A stretch of 32,000 nt of DNA from Breznakia blatticola (GTDB lineage Bacteria > Bacillota_I > Bacilli_A > Erysipelotrichales > Erysipelotrichaceae), in the NCBI RefSeq assembly GCF_004365815.1, contig NZ_SODD01000002.1:60001-92000 (forward strand), in the 5' to 3' direction. A program made the translations under genes and the position numbers. The notes beneath the pieces were generated by a model that worked only from the letters and a program-made list of their open reading frames with translations, was not told where the DNA came from and ran no database searches. Shown here one piece after another: positions 17,889 through 26,227 of the stretch. How positions within the stretch are numbered: position 1 is the stretch's first letter; each line of letters begins with the position of its first letter.

Positions 17889-18266
17889 TTAATCTTCTGT
17901 GATGATGATTTCAACTTTTTCAGGAATACTTTCATAACTATCGTAGTATGATTTTACAATTGCAGTTATTGCAACTAGTGACAAAACTAGTATAACAACT
18001 AGCATAACAACTAGCATAACATTAGATAGTCTTTTTATCTTCGTTGCTTGTAATAGTTCTTCCTCAGAACAGCATTCTAGAAAGGAGATATAAATCTCTT
18101 TTGGGCTACCAAACTCTTTTTCAAGGTCATCTTGTGTAATAGTTGGGTTAGGTTTTCCGTAGATATCAATCAAAGCATTTAGTTTATGTAAGAAATCTCT
18201 AGATTTACTTGTCGGTAAAGCAAACTGTTTTCTGATTCTACGTTTAAACTTTTTTAACTCATTCAT
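17889..18266 (-). CDS. PadR-associated single-pass membrane protein, DUF1700/HAAS-like N-terminal domain
   Basis: The cytoplasmic helical region ends in EKEFGSPKEIYISFLE (compare the LGsPkeIa motif of DUF1700). One TM segment (VMLVVMLVVILVLSLVAITAIV) and a short acidic exterior tail. Overlaps the PadR gene by 8 nt. Confidence 0.55.
   Translation of the reverse strand: MNELKKFKRRIRKQFALPTSKSRDFLHKLNALIDIYGKPNPTITQDDLEKEFGSPKEIYISFLECCSEEELLQATKIKRLSNVMLVVMLVVILVLSLVAITAIVKSYYDSYESIPEKVEIIITED
17973..18020. repeat. Four tandem copies of a 12-bp unit (AACTAGCATAAC, degenerating 5'-ward), in frame within the TM segment
   Basis: The units are aactagtgacaa / aactagtataac / aactagcataac / aactagcataac. 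On the minus strand they encode LSLV-VILV-VMLV-VMLV. Confidence 0.85.
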
Positions 18267-18597
18267 TTCTTGATAACCCCCTTTTAACGATTTCCTGAAT
18301 AATTTCTATGTTTTCAAGAAAAATGTTGGCTTGATTTTCAAAATAAGCTTGTCCCTCATCTGTTAGTTTGTAATAGACTCGTACTCTGTTGTTAACAATT
18401 TTGTTGTAACTTTCTACATACTTATTTTCTACTAAATTATACAAAATTGGATACAAGGTACCTTCTTTTATATCGTCAAAAATTCCAGATGAAAGTTGTT
18501 TAATAGTTGTAGTAATTTCGTATCCATAGCAAGTGTTCTGATTTAAAACAGACAAGACTAGGAGTTCCATTTTGAATATATTGTTTTGTTTACCCAT
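18259..18597 (-). CDS. PadR-family transcriptional regulator
   Basis: Winged-HTH PadR pattern (ELLVLSVLNQNTCYGYEITTTIKQLS...EGTLYPILYNLVENKYVESY...RVYYKLTDEG). ATG at 18597 lies 6 nt after GGAG. The longer track start at 18615 falls in a TTGAAC-17-TAGAAT promoter (plus coordinates 18614-18642). Confidence 0.8.
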   Translation of the reverse strand: MGKQNNIFKMELLVLSVLNQNTCYGYEITTTIKQLSSGIFDDIKEGTLYPILYNLVENKYVESYNKIVNNRVRVYYKLTDEGQAYFENQANIFLENIEIIQEIVKRGLSRNE

Positions 18598-18655
18598 ATC
18601 TTTCTCCAAGTACATTCTACTTCAATTGTTGGATGTGTTCAATAAAAAAAGAATA

Positions 18656-18684
18656 TTGACAATATATGTATATTTAGATAATAT
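18656..18684 (+). promoter_or_regulatory. Consensus-like promoter TTGACA-17-TAATAT directed at the 18849 gene
   Basis: TTGACA at 18656-18661, an exact 17-nt spacer, and TAATAT at 18679-18684. Confidence 0.7.
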
Positions 18685-18692
18685 ACATATAT
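18662..18692. promoter_or_regulatory. Perfect 13-5-13 palindrome (ATATATGTATATT-tagat-AATATACATATAT), candidate PadR operator
   Basis: The arms at 18662-18674 and 18680-18692 are exact reverse complements. The element fills the spacer and -10 of the plus-strand promoter. Confidence 0.6.
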
Positions 18693-18848
18693 GGATATTT
18701 CAATTTGAATTCTACTTGAAAATTTGAATTAATGGTTTTAAACAAGTGGATAAACTCTTATGTAGTCGTGTTTTAGTCATACTACAGTAAAAACAAACAT
18801 AATTATACGTGGAAGTTAATAATAGACGTCAAATATTAGAGGTAAGTT

Positions 18849-19193
18849 ATGGATGCAATGAAAATAATAAGAATACGTAATGTTTACAATGTAATCATTT
18901 ATTTGATTGGGGCTATAGCTATGTGGGGAACTGATAAGTTTAACACTGTGAATTTTGTATATTTCATATATTTTGTCTTGGCTCTATTTATAGATGATTA
19001 CATTGATCAAAATGTTACACTCAACTCTCGTTTTAAACTTCAAAGAGGAATTACTATACTATATTCGCTGTTCATTGGTGGATACTATTGTTATAGTTGC
19101 TATAAATTGAGTAAGTACGCATCTCTATCAATAATGGTTGTTACACTGGTATTTGTCTATTTTATAATCTATGGTTTGAAAAATAGACGATAG
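18849..19193 (+). CDS. Hypothetical small membrane protein (3-4 TM)
   Basis: 114 aa, hydrophobic, SD AGAGGT. Follows a ~160-nt leader from the promoter at 18656-18684, and a terminator lies downstream. Confidence 0.5.
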   Translation: MDAMKIIRIRNVYNVIIYLIGAIAMWGTDKFNTVNFVYFIYFVLALFIDDYIDQNVTLNSRFKLQRGITILYSLFIGGYYCYSCYKLSKYASLSIMVVTLVFVYFIIYGLKNRR

Positions 19194-19286
19194 TCAAAAT
19201 CTATTAAGTAAGAGATTGTTAAATTGATATAAGTATGTTTAGCTGCGAGTGTCAGAAGAATCTTTAGTATGTGAAAATAATGAGTT

Positions 19287-19330
19287 AAGACAAAACAAAG
19301 TTGCGTCAACTTAGCTTTTGTCTTTTTTGT
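19287..19330 (+). terminator. Rho-independent terminator (long imperfect hairpin plus T-run)
   Basis: AAGACAAAA (19287-19295) / TTTTGTCTT (19316-19324), with an inner AAGTTG/CAACTT stem. TTTTTT follows. Confidence 0.65.
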
Positions 19331-19486
19331 TATTCTGTTTAAAATCAATTTTATCTCTTTGAATTATTCTTAGTTACAGTTGAATATATTGTTTTAATTA
19401 TTGTGTCAATTATTAATGTAATTCAGTATAAAGCATACTACTTTACATTTATTAACTAGTCGATATGACTAACGCTTTTCTTTTTA

Positions 19487-19527
19487 AAATAGATATGATA
19501 CTATCTATTTAGATATTTATCGAAATA
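19487..19527. promoter_or_regulatory. Operator-like array of TAGATA/TATCTA half-sites over the putative extended -10 of the ABC-2 operon
   Basis: Perfect inverted repeat AAATAGATA-tgatac-TATCTATTT (19487-19510), overlapped by a second repeat ATTTAGATA-tt-TATCGAAAT (19507-19526, 8/9 match). TGaTACTAT (19496-19504) could be an extended -10. Confidence 0.4.
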
Positions 19528-19539
19528 GGTGGAGGAATT

Positions 19540-20454
19540 ATGAATGCAATAAGAATTGAACATATTCGAAAAGTGTTTTCAGAGCATAAAGTTGCAGTCG
19601 ATGATATCAGTCTGCAAATAGAAGAAGGTCAGATCTTTGGTTTTCTTGGACCTAATGGGGCTGGTAAGACAACAATGGTTAAATTATTGGTTGGAATGTT
19701 AGAGCCAAGTGCTGGAAGTTCCAGTGTTATGAATATAGATTCAACAAAAGATGGTGTATCGATACACGCAATTAGTGGAGTATTAACTGAACATGCGATG
19801 ATGTATGATCATCTAACAGCGATGGACAATTTGGTATTCTTTGGTGAAGTTTTTGGACTTGAGAAAGAAGAAAGTATCGCAAGAGGAATGAAGTTGCTTG
19901 AAGAGTTGGATTTGCTAGATGCAAAAGATCAGAAACTTGGTACATATTCTACAGGGATGCGACAACGTTTATCACTTGCCCGAGCACTTATTCATAAACC
20001 GCGTGTGTTATTTCTTGATGAACCAACAAGTGGTTTAGATCCAGAAAGTGCACTTCGTGTAAATCAACTTATTATGAAACTTGCTAAGCAAGGGGTTACT
20101 ATTTTTCTATGTACGCACCAACTTCGGTATGCACAAGAAATATGTACAAGCTATGGATTAATTGATCATGGAAAATTACTTGCAAGTGGTACATTAGAAG
20201 ACTTACGTAAACAAATTTATGATGGGTATACGGTACGAATGAAAACTTCAGTTATGCCTATCCATGTTGATTATGTTGAAGTTGAAGATGGTCAAATTGA
20301 ATTTAAATTAGATAGTGAAGATCGTATTGCTGATATTATTCGTGATATTGTGCAACGTAATGGAAATATTACGCATGTATCAAGTCGTAAAATGTCATTA
20401 GAAGAAATCTATTTTGCTCTAATGAAACAAGGAGGTATGCAAGATGAATCGTAA
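19540..20454 (+). CDS. ABC transporter ATP-binding protein (ABC-2 exporter type)
   Basis: GPNGAGKTT, YSTGMRQR, LFLDEPTSGLD and CTHQL motifs. SD GGTGGAGG. Confidence 0.85.
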   Translation: MNAIRIEHIRKVFSEHKVAVDDISLQIEEGQIFGFLGPNGAGKTTMVKLLVGMLEPSAGSSSVMNIDSTKDGVSIHAISGVLTEHAMMYDHLTAMDNLVFFGEVFGLEKEESIARGMKLLEELDLLDAKDQKLGTYSTGMRQRLSLARALIHKPRVLFLDEPTSGLDPESALRVNQLIMKLAKQGVTIFLCTHQLRYAQEICTSYGLIDHGKLLASGTLEDLRKQIYDGYTVRMKTSVMPIHVDYVEVEDGQIEFKLDSEDRIADIIRDIVQRNGNITHVSSRKMSLEEIYFALMKQGGMQDES

Positions 20455-21232
20455 AATGAAAGCGATCATTCGTAAAGATATACGTTCAATTATCGATAAT
20501 AAACGTTATTTATGGACATTATTGTTGCTACCGATATTTTTAGGTGTAGTTTTTCCAAGCATCTTTGTCGTACTTGTAAAACTTGTACCGACGGATATGA
20601 ATGATATGGATGCACTGATTCGCTTACTTCCACAGAATTTAAGTGAAGCTGAGATTTTTGATGCACTATTGGATATGATTTTAAATCAAACGATTCCAAT
20701 TTTCTTTATGTTAATCCCGATTATGTGTGCTTCTGTTATGGCAGCGAGTTCCTTTGTTGGAGAGAAAGAAAAACGTACATTGGAAACATTGTTATATTCG
20801 CCACTGTCTTTGCGTGATGTTTTTAAAGCAAAGGTGTTAGCTTCAACGATTATGAGTTTAGTAATTACCTTTGCGACTTTTGGACTTATGGTGGTTATAC
20901 TCAATATTGAATTACAATTCATCGATCAAAGTACTTTTATTCCAGGGTTTACATGGCTATGGGTGATGTGTTTACTGGTTCCTGCAGTGACGTTAATGTC
21001 AATCGTGTTTATTGTTAAAGGTTCTGCGAAAAGTAAAACGATGGAAGAAGCACAACAAAGAGCAAGTTTTCTAGTTATGCCAATCGTGTTGATATTTATT
21101 AGTCAGTTTACAGGATTGTTGATGATTCAACCAATTTATATACTTATAGCTGGTGCAGTATTACTTGTTATTAGCTATGTGTTATTGCAAAAAGCAACTG
21201 CTGCTTTTACATATGAAAAACTTATACAATAG
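20444..21232 (+). CDS. ABC-2 family transporter permease
   Basis: Six TM segments. Overlaps the ATPase gene by 11 nt, with GGAGG 8 nt upstream of the ATG. Confidence 0.75.
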   Translation: MNRKMKAIIRKDIRSIIDNKRYLWTLLLLPIFLGVVFPSIFVVLVKLVPTDMNDMDALIRLLPQNLSEAEIFDALLDMILNQTIPIFFMLIPIMCASVMAASSFVGEKEKRTLETLLYSPLSLRDVFKAKVLASTIMSLVITFATFGLMVVILNIELQFIDQSTFIPGFTWLWVMCLLVPAVTLMSIVFIVKGSAKSKTMEEAQQRASFLVMPIVLIFISQFTGLLMIQPIYILIAGAVLLVISYVLLQKATAAFTYEKLIQ

Positions 21233-21324
21233 TCTTGTCATCAAGGCTATTTTTTTACGGTTTACCTCAATGGCTTTTTTATGTAATAGCAAGTATAATA
21301 TAACTAATTAATTGGAGGAAGATT

Positions 21325-23931
21325 ATGAGTGCCTATACAAATGAAGCAAAGTATGTTTTGCAAGATTTGCAAAGTGATCCTAGCAATGGATTATCAACAC
21401 AAGAAGTAGAAAAACGATTGTCTACTTATGGATATAACAAACTACATGAAAGTAAGAAAAAAACATTAGTACAGCGTTTTATTGAGCAATTCAAAGATGT
21501 AATGATTATTATTTTATTAATTGCTGCTGCAATTAGTTTTGTTGTTGCATTTGAAGAAAAAAGCGCATCTGCATTTTTTGAACCATTATTGATTTTATTT
21601 ATCGTAGTGTTGAATGCGATTGTTGGTGTATATCAAGAAAATAAAGCAGAGAAATCACTTGAAGCACTGCAAAAGATGACGACACCACAATCAAGAGTGA
21701 TTCGCGATGGGAAAGAACAAATTATACAAACGAGTGATTTGGTTCCAGGTGATATTGTAAAACTTGAAGCAGGGGATTTTATTCCTGCAGATTGTCGTCT
21801 AGTCGAAGCAAATGCATTAAAAAGTGATGAATCGATATTAACTGGAGAAAGTGTTCCAGTTGATAAAAAAGCGGATGCAATCATTGCGGAAAATGAACCA
21901 CTTGGTGACCGTGTCAATATGGTATATTCAGGATGTGTACTGACAAATGGTACAGCTATTGCAGTAGTTACAGAAACTGGAATGCAAACAGAAATGGGTA
22001 AGATTGCTGGATTGTTGGATGGTGATGATAATCAAAAAACACCACTTCAAGAACGTCTTGCAAAACTAGGTACATACTTAGGAATTGTTGCCTTGATTAT
22101 TTGTGCGATTATCTTCGTGATGGGGATTATGGATGGAATGCCAATATTAGAAATCTTTATGACTGCAGTGAGTTTAGCTGTTTCAGCGATTCCAGAAGGG
22201 CTTCCAGTAATCGTTACAGTTGTATTATCGATTGGTGTTGGTCGTATGGCACAACGTCATGCAATCGTGAAACGTTTACCTGCGGTTGAAACATTAGGTA
22301 GCACATCGATTATCTGTTCAGATAAAACAGGAACACTGACTCAAAACAAGATGACGTTATTAAAAGCATACGTTGATGGGCAAGAAATTGAAGATATAAG
22401 TGATCACAATGATGAACAAGTAAAGAAACTGCTTGCTTATGCGATTCTATGTAGTGATGCAAGTATTTATATTGATGATGAAGGTAAGGAAGTCAGCGTA
22501 GGAGATCCAACTGAGACAAGTATTATTGCAGCAGGACGAAAAAATGGCATGATGCAAGATGACTTAGCTACAACATATCCACGCCTAGCAGAGCTTCCTT
22601 TTGATAGTGATCGTAAGATGATGTCAACCATTAATCAAATCGATGGAAAAAATATTGTCATAGTAAAAGGTGCTTATGACGAGATGAATTTACATATGAT
22701 TCATGGGGATTTAGGTAAAGCTGCAGAAGTAGTTGAAGCGATGAGTAAAGAAGCATTACGTGTAATTGCTGTCGCATACAAAGAAATCGATGAAATACCT
22801 ACAGAACTCACAAGTGAAATACTTGAAAATGATTTAACATTTATGGGTGTGGTTGGTATGATTGACCCACCACGTGAAGAAGTAAAAGCAAGTGTTGCAA
22901 CATGTATCAAAGCTGGAATTAAGCCAATTATGATTACAGGTGACCATGTCTTAACTGCAACGGTTATTGCAAGTCAACTGGGTATCTATAAAGAAGGTGA
23001 TCTAGCAATTAGTGGACAAGAACTTATCAAAATGAGCGATGAAGAACTCAGTGATCAGTTAGAAAAAATATCTGTCTATGCACGTGTATCGCCTGAAGAT
23101 AAAATTCGAATTGTCAAAGCATGGCAAGCAAAAGATAAAGTCGTGTCGATGACAGGAGATGGTGTAAATGATGCACCATCACTAAAAGCAGCGGATATAG
23201 GTTGTGCAATGGGAATCACAGGAACAGATGTCGCAAAAAGTGCTGCGGATTTAATCTTGATGGATGATAACTTTGCGACAATTGTTGAAGCAGTACGCGA
23301 AGGTCGCGGCATATATAATAATATTCGTCGAGTCGTTGGTTACTTATTAGGAACGAATATTGGAGAAATCGCAGTTGTATTCTTTGCGATGTTATTGTGG
23401 CGAAAAACACCACTACTATCAATGCAACTTTTATGGATTAACTTGGCTACTGATTCTTTACCAGCGATTGCTTTAGGAATGGAACCAATTCACGAAGGTG
23501 TAATGAACGAAAAACCTAGACCAAAACAAGAAGGTATTTTCGCTAATGGACTGGGCGTACAAGTTGTCTTACAAGGAATTATGTTTGGTCTACTCTCACT
23601 AATTGCATTTAAAATTGGAATGGATGATGGCGGATTAGCAGATGGACGTACGATGGCATTTATTGTTTTAGGTTTATCACAGGTACACCATGCATTTAGT
23701 ATGCGTTCGCATAAAAGTCTATTTAAAATTGGACCATTTACAAATAAGAGTTTGAATAAAGCAGCAGCAGTATCCATCGCGTTGATGCTTATCGTAATTT
23801 TCATTCAACCGATTACGACAATCTTTGGCTTGGATCATTTATCCATCCATTTATATGCCATGGCCTGGATCTTAAGTATTACCCCAGTTATTGTCTTGGA
23901 AATTGCCAAAGCTTTAGGTCTAGCAAAATAA
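21325..23931 (+). CDS. Type II (Ca2+-type, SERCA/YloB-like) cation-transporting P-type ATPase
   Basis: TGES, PEGLP in TM4, DKTGTLT, MITGDH and TGDGVNDAPSLK motifs. An N-terminal Cation_ATPase_N-like segment (GLSTQEVEKRLSTYGYN) and ~10 TM segments. SD GGAGGA and -10 TATAAT near 21293. Confidence 0.9.
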   Translation: MSAYTNEAKYVLQDLQSDPSNGLSTQEVEKRLSTYGYNKLHESKKKTLVQRFIEQFKDVMIIILLIAAAISFVVAFEEKSASAFFEPLLILFIVVLNAIVGVYQENKAEKSLEALQKMTTPQSRVIRDGKEQIIQTSDLVPGDIVKLEAGDFIPADCRLVEANALKSDESILTGESVPVDKKADAIIAENEPLGDRVNMVYSGCVLTNGTAIAVVTETGMQTEMGKIAGLLDGDDNQKTPLQERLAKLGTYLGIVALIICAIIFVMGIMDGMPILEIFMTAVSLAVSAIPEGLPVIVTVVLSIGVGRMAQRHAIVKRLPAVETLGSTSIICSDKTGTLTQNKMTLLKAYVDGQEIEDISDHNDEQVKKLLAYAILCSDASIYIDDEGKEVSVGDPTETSIIAAGRKNGMMQDDLATTYPRLAELPFDSDRKMMSTINQIDGKNIVIVKGAYDEMNLHMIHGDLGKAAEVVEAMSKEALRVIAVAYKEIDEIPTELTSEILENDLTFMGVVGMIDPPREEVKASVATCIKAGIKPIMITGDHVLTATVIASQLGIYKEGDLAISGQELIKMSDEELSDQLEKISVYARVSPEDKIRIVKAWQAKDKVVSMTGDGVNDAPSLKAADIGCAMGITGTDVAKSAADLILMDDNFATIVEAVREGRGIYNNIRRVVGYLLGTNIGEIAVVFFAMLLWRKTPLLSMQLLWINLATDSLPAIALGMEPIHEGVMNEKPRPKQEGIFANGLGVQVVLQGIMFGLLSLIAFKIGMDDGGLADGRTMAFIVLGLSQVHHAFSMRSHKSLFKIGPFTNKSLNKAAAVSIALMLIVIFIQPITTIFGLDHLSIHLYAMAWILSITPVIVLEIAKALGLAK

Positions 23932-23948
23932 TCAAAATACTATAAAGA

Positions 23949-23979
23949 AGCATAAGTAGCAAATACTTGTGCTTTTTTG
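23949..23979 (+). terminator. Rho-independent terminator after the Ca-type ATPase
   Basis: 10-bp stem AGCATAAGTA (23949-23958) / TACTTGTGCT (23964-23973), including one G-U pair, with loop GCAAA and T6. Confidence 0.8.
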
Positions 23980-23986
23980 ATGAAAC

Positions 23987-24000
23987 TTGATATCCATCAA
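23987..24000. promoter_or_regulatory. Perfect FNR/FLP-type box TTGAT-ATCC-ATCAA upstream of the P1B ATPase
   Basis: Exact TTGAT-N4-ATCAA. It ends 22 nt upstream of TATACT (24023-24028), which places the box centre near -41.5 relative to a predicted start at ~24035. Confidence 0.7.
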
Positions 24001-24054
24001 TTTTTATCTATAAGTGATCTTCTATACTAGGAGTAGATAAAGGAAGTGGTATAG

Positions 24055-25908
24055 ATGAAACGATATATACTAAAACACAGAAATCAAATAACAATCTTTA
24101 CATTGGTTGTCATAGTTGTTGCCTTTGTGCTTCACTACGCTTTTCACCAAACGCAACAAAGTGAAATCTTATTACTGGTTGCATCCATTGTTGGGGGTAT
24201 ACCTATTTGGATGCAAGCATTGGAAGCGTTGCGTCTTAAAATCATTAGCATTGATTTACTAGTAAGTATTGCAATCATTGGTGCGTTGACCATTCAAAAC
24301 TATGAGGAATCTGCCATTGTTACATTCTTGTTTTTGTTTGGACTTTCCTTAGAACAAAGAACATTGGCAAAAACTCGATTGGCAATTCAAGAGCTTGTTT
24401 CTATGGCACCCAAACGAGCGTTACGAGTTGGAGTTGATGATGTTGTAGAAGAAGTTGATGTTGATGATTTGCAGTTTGGGGATGTACTGCTTGTAAAAAC
24501 GGGGGGTCAAATTCCGGTGGATGGTTTGGTCATTGCCGGTGAAGGTTATAGTAATGAAGCAACCATTACTGGAGAGTCACTGCCTGTGTTTAAACAAAAA
24601 GATGACCCAGTGTATGCAGGAACAATCCTAGAAAATGGAACTTTGCGTATTTATGCCCAAAAGGTTGGAGAAGATACTACTTTTGGTAAAATAATCGAGC
24701 TTGTCGAAGAAGCACAAGATGCCAAATCTCAAGCGGAGCGGTTTATTGATCGATTTTCTAAATACTATACGCCGGTTGTTTTATTACTCGCTTTGGTTGT
24801 TTGGTGGGTTTCGCAAAGTGTGGAACTAGCTATTACAATTTTGGTTTTGGGTTGTCCAGGAGCGTTGGTGATTGGTGTCCCCGTATCCAATGTGTCTGGT
24901 TTAGGAAATGGAGCGAAACACGGTGTGCTCTTAAAAGGAAGTAGTGTCATCCAAAGTTTTAGCAAAGTTGATACAATGGTATTTGATAAAACTGGGACAC
25001 TGACTGTGGGTAACCCTGAAGTGGTACATGTAATCAGTTATACAAAAAAACAAGATCAAGCATTGCAATATCTGGTGAGCGTTGAAAGGGAATCTCAGCA
25101 TCCACTAGCTAAAGCAATCATTGAAGCATACAAAGATATTCAAAGTTTACCAGTAAGTCAAACACGTGTTATTCGTGGTGATGGAATCATTGCAAAAGTC
25201 GCTGGAGAAGTGGTGATGGTTGGAACGCCGACCTTATTAAAAAATCATCAGGTTATATTTGACAAACAGATGGAAGCTGATATTGCAGAACTCGAAAATC
25301 AAGGTCATTCACTTGTACTTGTAAGTGTAGGAGGAAGTGTAGCATTATTGATTGCCATTCGTGATGTCTTGCGTCAAGATATTGTAAAAGATCTTCTAGA
25401 TTTACAGAAAATGGGTATAAGTGACTTAGTTTTACTGTCTGGAGATAGTCAAAGTGCTGTTGATGTCATCGCTCATCAACTGGGTCTTTCAAAAGCTTTT
25501 GGGAAGATGTTGCCTAAAGATAAAGCGGCATATGTGAAAGAACTTCAACAACAAGGACATGTTGTTGCATTTGTTGGGGATGGCATTAATGATAGCCCTT
25601 CTCTTGCGCAAGCAGATATAGGTATTGCCATGGGTTCAGGGACTGATGTAGCCATTGAAACCTCTGATGTTGTGTTAATGAATTCTGATTTTCATAAACT
25701 ACCATATGCACTTGGATTGGCCAAAGCAACCAATCGAAATATGAAACAAAACATTATAATTGCAATAGCAGTAGTCATCTTCCTTTTGCTTGGTGTGTTT
25801 TTCAGTCAATGGATGAATATGGCAATTGGTATGTTTGTCCATGAAGGTAGCATTCTTGTTGTTATCCTTAATGGTATGCGCTTATTGAAATATAAATTAA
25901 AAAAATGA
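24055..25908 (+). CDS. P1B-type heavy-metal-translocating P-type ATPase with no fused N-terminal metal-binding domain and an atypical TM metal-site motif (CPG)
   Basis: TGES, DKTGTLT, LSGDS, GDGINDSPSLAQADIG. The TM motif is LGCPGALVIGVP (CPG at 24853-24861) rather than CPC/SPC. The last TM carries HEGS (25840-25851). There are 4 TM segments before the actuator domain. SD AAAGGAAG. Confidence 0.9.
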   Translation: MKRYILKHRNQITIFTLVVIVVAFVLHYAFHQTQQSEILLLVASIVGGIPIWMQALEALRLKIISIDLLVSIAIIGALTIQNYEESAIVTFLFLFGLSLEQRTLAKTRLAIQELVSMAPKRALRVGVDDVVEEVDVDDLQFGDVLLVKTGGQIPVDGLVIAGEGYSNEATITGESLPVFKQKDDPVYAGTILENGTLRIYAQKVGEDTTFGKIIELVEEAQDAKSQAERFIDRFSKYYTPVVLLLALVVWWVSQSVELAITILVLGCPGALVIGVPVSNVSGLGNGAKHGVLLKGSSVIQSFSKVDTMVFDKTGTLTVGNPEVVHVISYTKKQDQALQYLVSVERESQHPLAKAIIEAYKDIQSLPVSQTRVIRGDGIIAKVAGEVVMVGTPTLLKNHQVIFDKQMEADIAELENQGHSLVLVSVGGSVALLIAIRDVLRQDIVKDLLDLQKMGISDLVLLSGDSQSAVDVIAHQLGLSKAFGKMLPKDKAAYVKELQQQGHVVAFVGDGINDSPSLAQADIGIAMGSGTDVAIETSDVVLMNSDFHKLPYALGLAKATNRNMKQNIIIAIAVVIFLLLGVFFSQWMNMAIGMFVHEGSILVVILNGMRLLKYKLKK

Positions 25909-25913
25909 AAAAC

Positions 25914-25927
25914 TTGATAGGTATCAA
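25914..25927. promoter_or_regulatory. Second perfect FNR/FLP-type box TTGAT-AGGT-ATCAA upstream of the HMA gene
   Basis: Exact TTGAT-N4-ATCAA with the same flanks as box 1 (AAACTTGAT....ATCAATTTT). It ends 22 nt upstream of TACAGT (25950-25955), the same geometry as box 1. Confidence 0.7.
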
Positions 25928-25981
25928 TTTTCTTTTGAAACCTTTGCGTTACAGTTAGCGTATAGAAAGAAGGTGTGAAAT

Positions 25982-26209
25982 ATGCAAAAAGCCGTGCTAC
26001 AACTCGAAACCTTGGCATGTCCAACATGTATGCAAAAAATTGAAGCTGCACTAAAAAACGTGGATGGTGTTGATAAAGCAAGTGTCAAAATATTATTTAA
26101 TGCCAGTAAGGCAAAGCTTGATTTTGATGCAACAAAAACTACATTAACAAACATTCAAAAAGCTGTAGAAACAATTGGTTATGAAGTACTAAAAGCCAGT
26201 GAAAAGTAA
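25982..26209 (+). CDS. Heavy-metal-associated (HMA) domain metallochaperone, CopZ-like
   Basis: 75 aa with a ferredoxin-like HMA pattern and metal site LACPTCMQKIE (CxxC). SD AAGGTG. Confidence 0.8.
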   Translation: MQKAVLQLETLACPTCMQKIEAALKNVDGVDKASVKILFNASKAKLDFDATKTTLTNIQKAVETIGYEVLKASEK

Positions 26210-26227
26210 CAGGAAAGGAGTGATACC

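Noticed and set aside
25806-26154. Two minus-strand ORFs (91 and 76 aa) over the ATPase 3' end, the second FNR-type box and the HMA gene
   Set aside because: They are antisense to a clear HMA-domain gene with a good SD and to the ATPase C-terminus. They have no motifs or SD.
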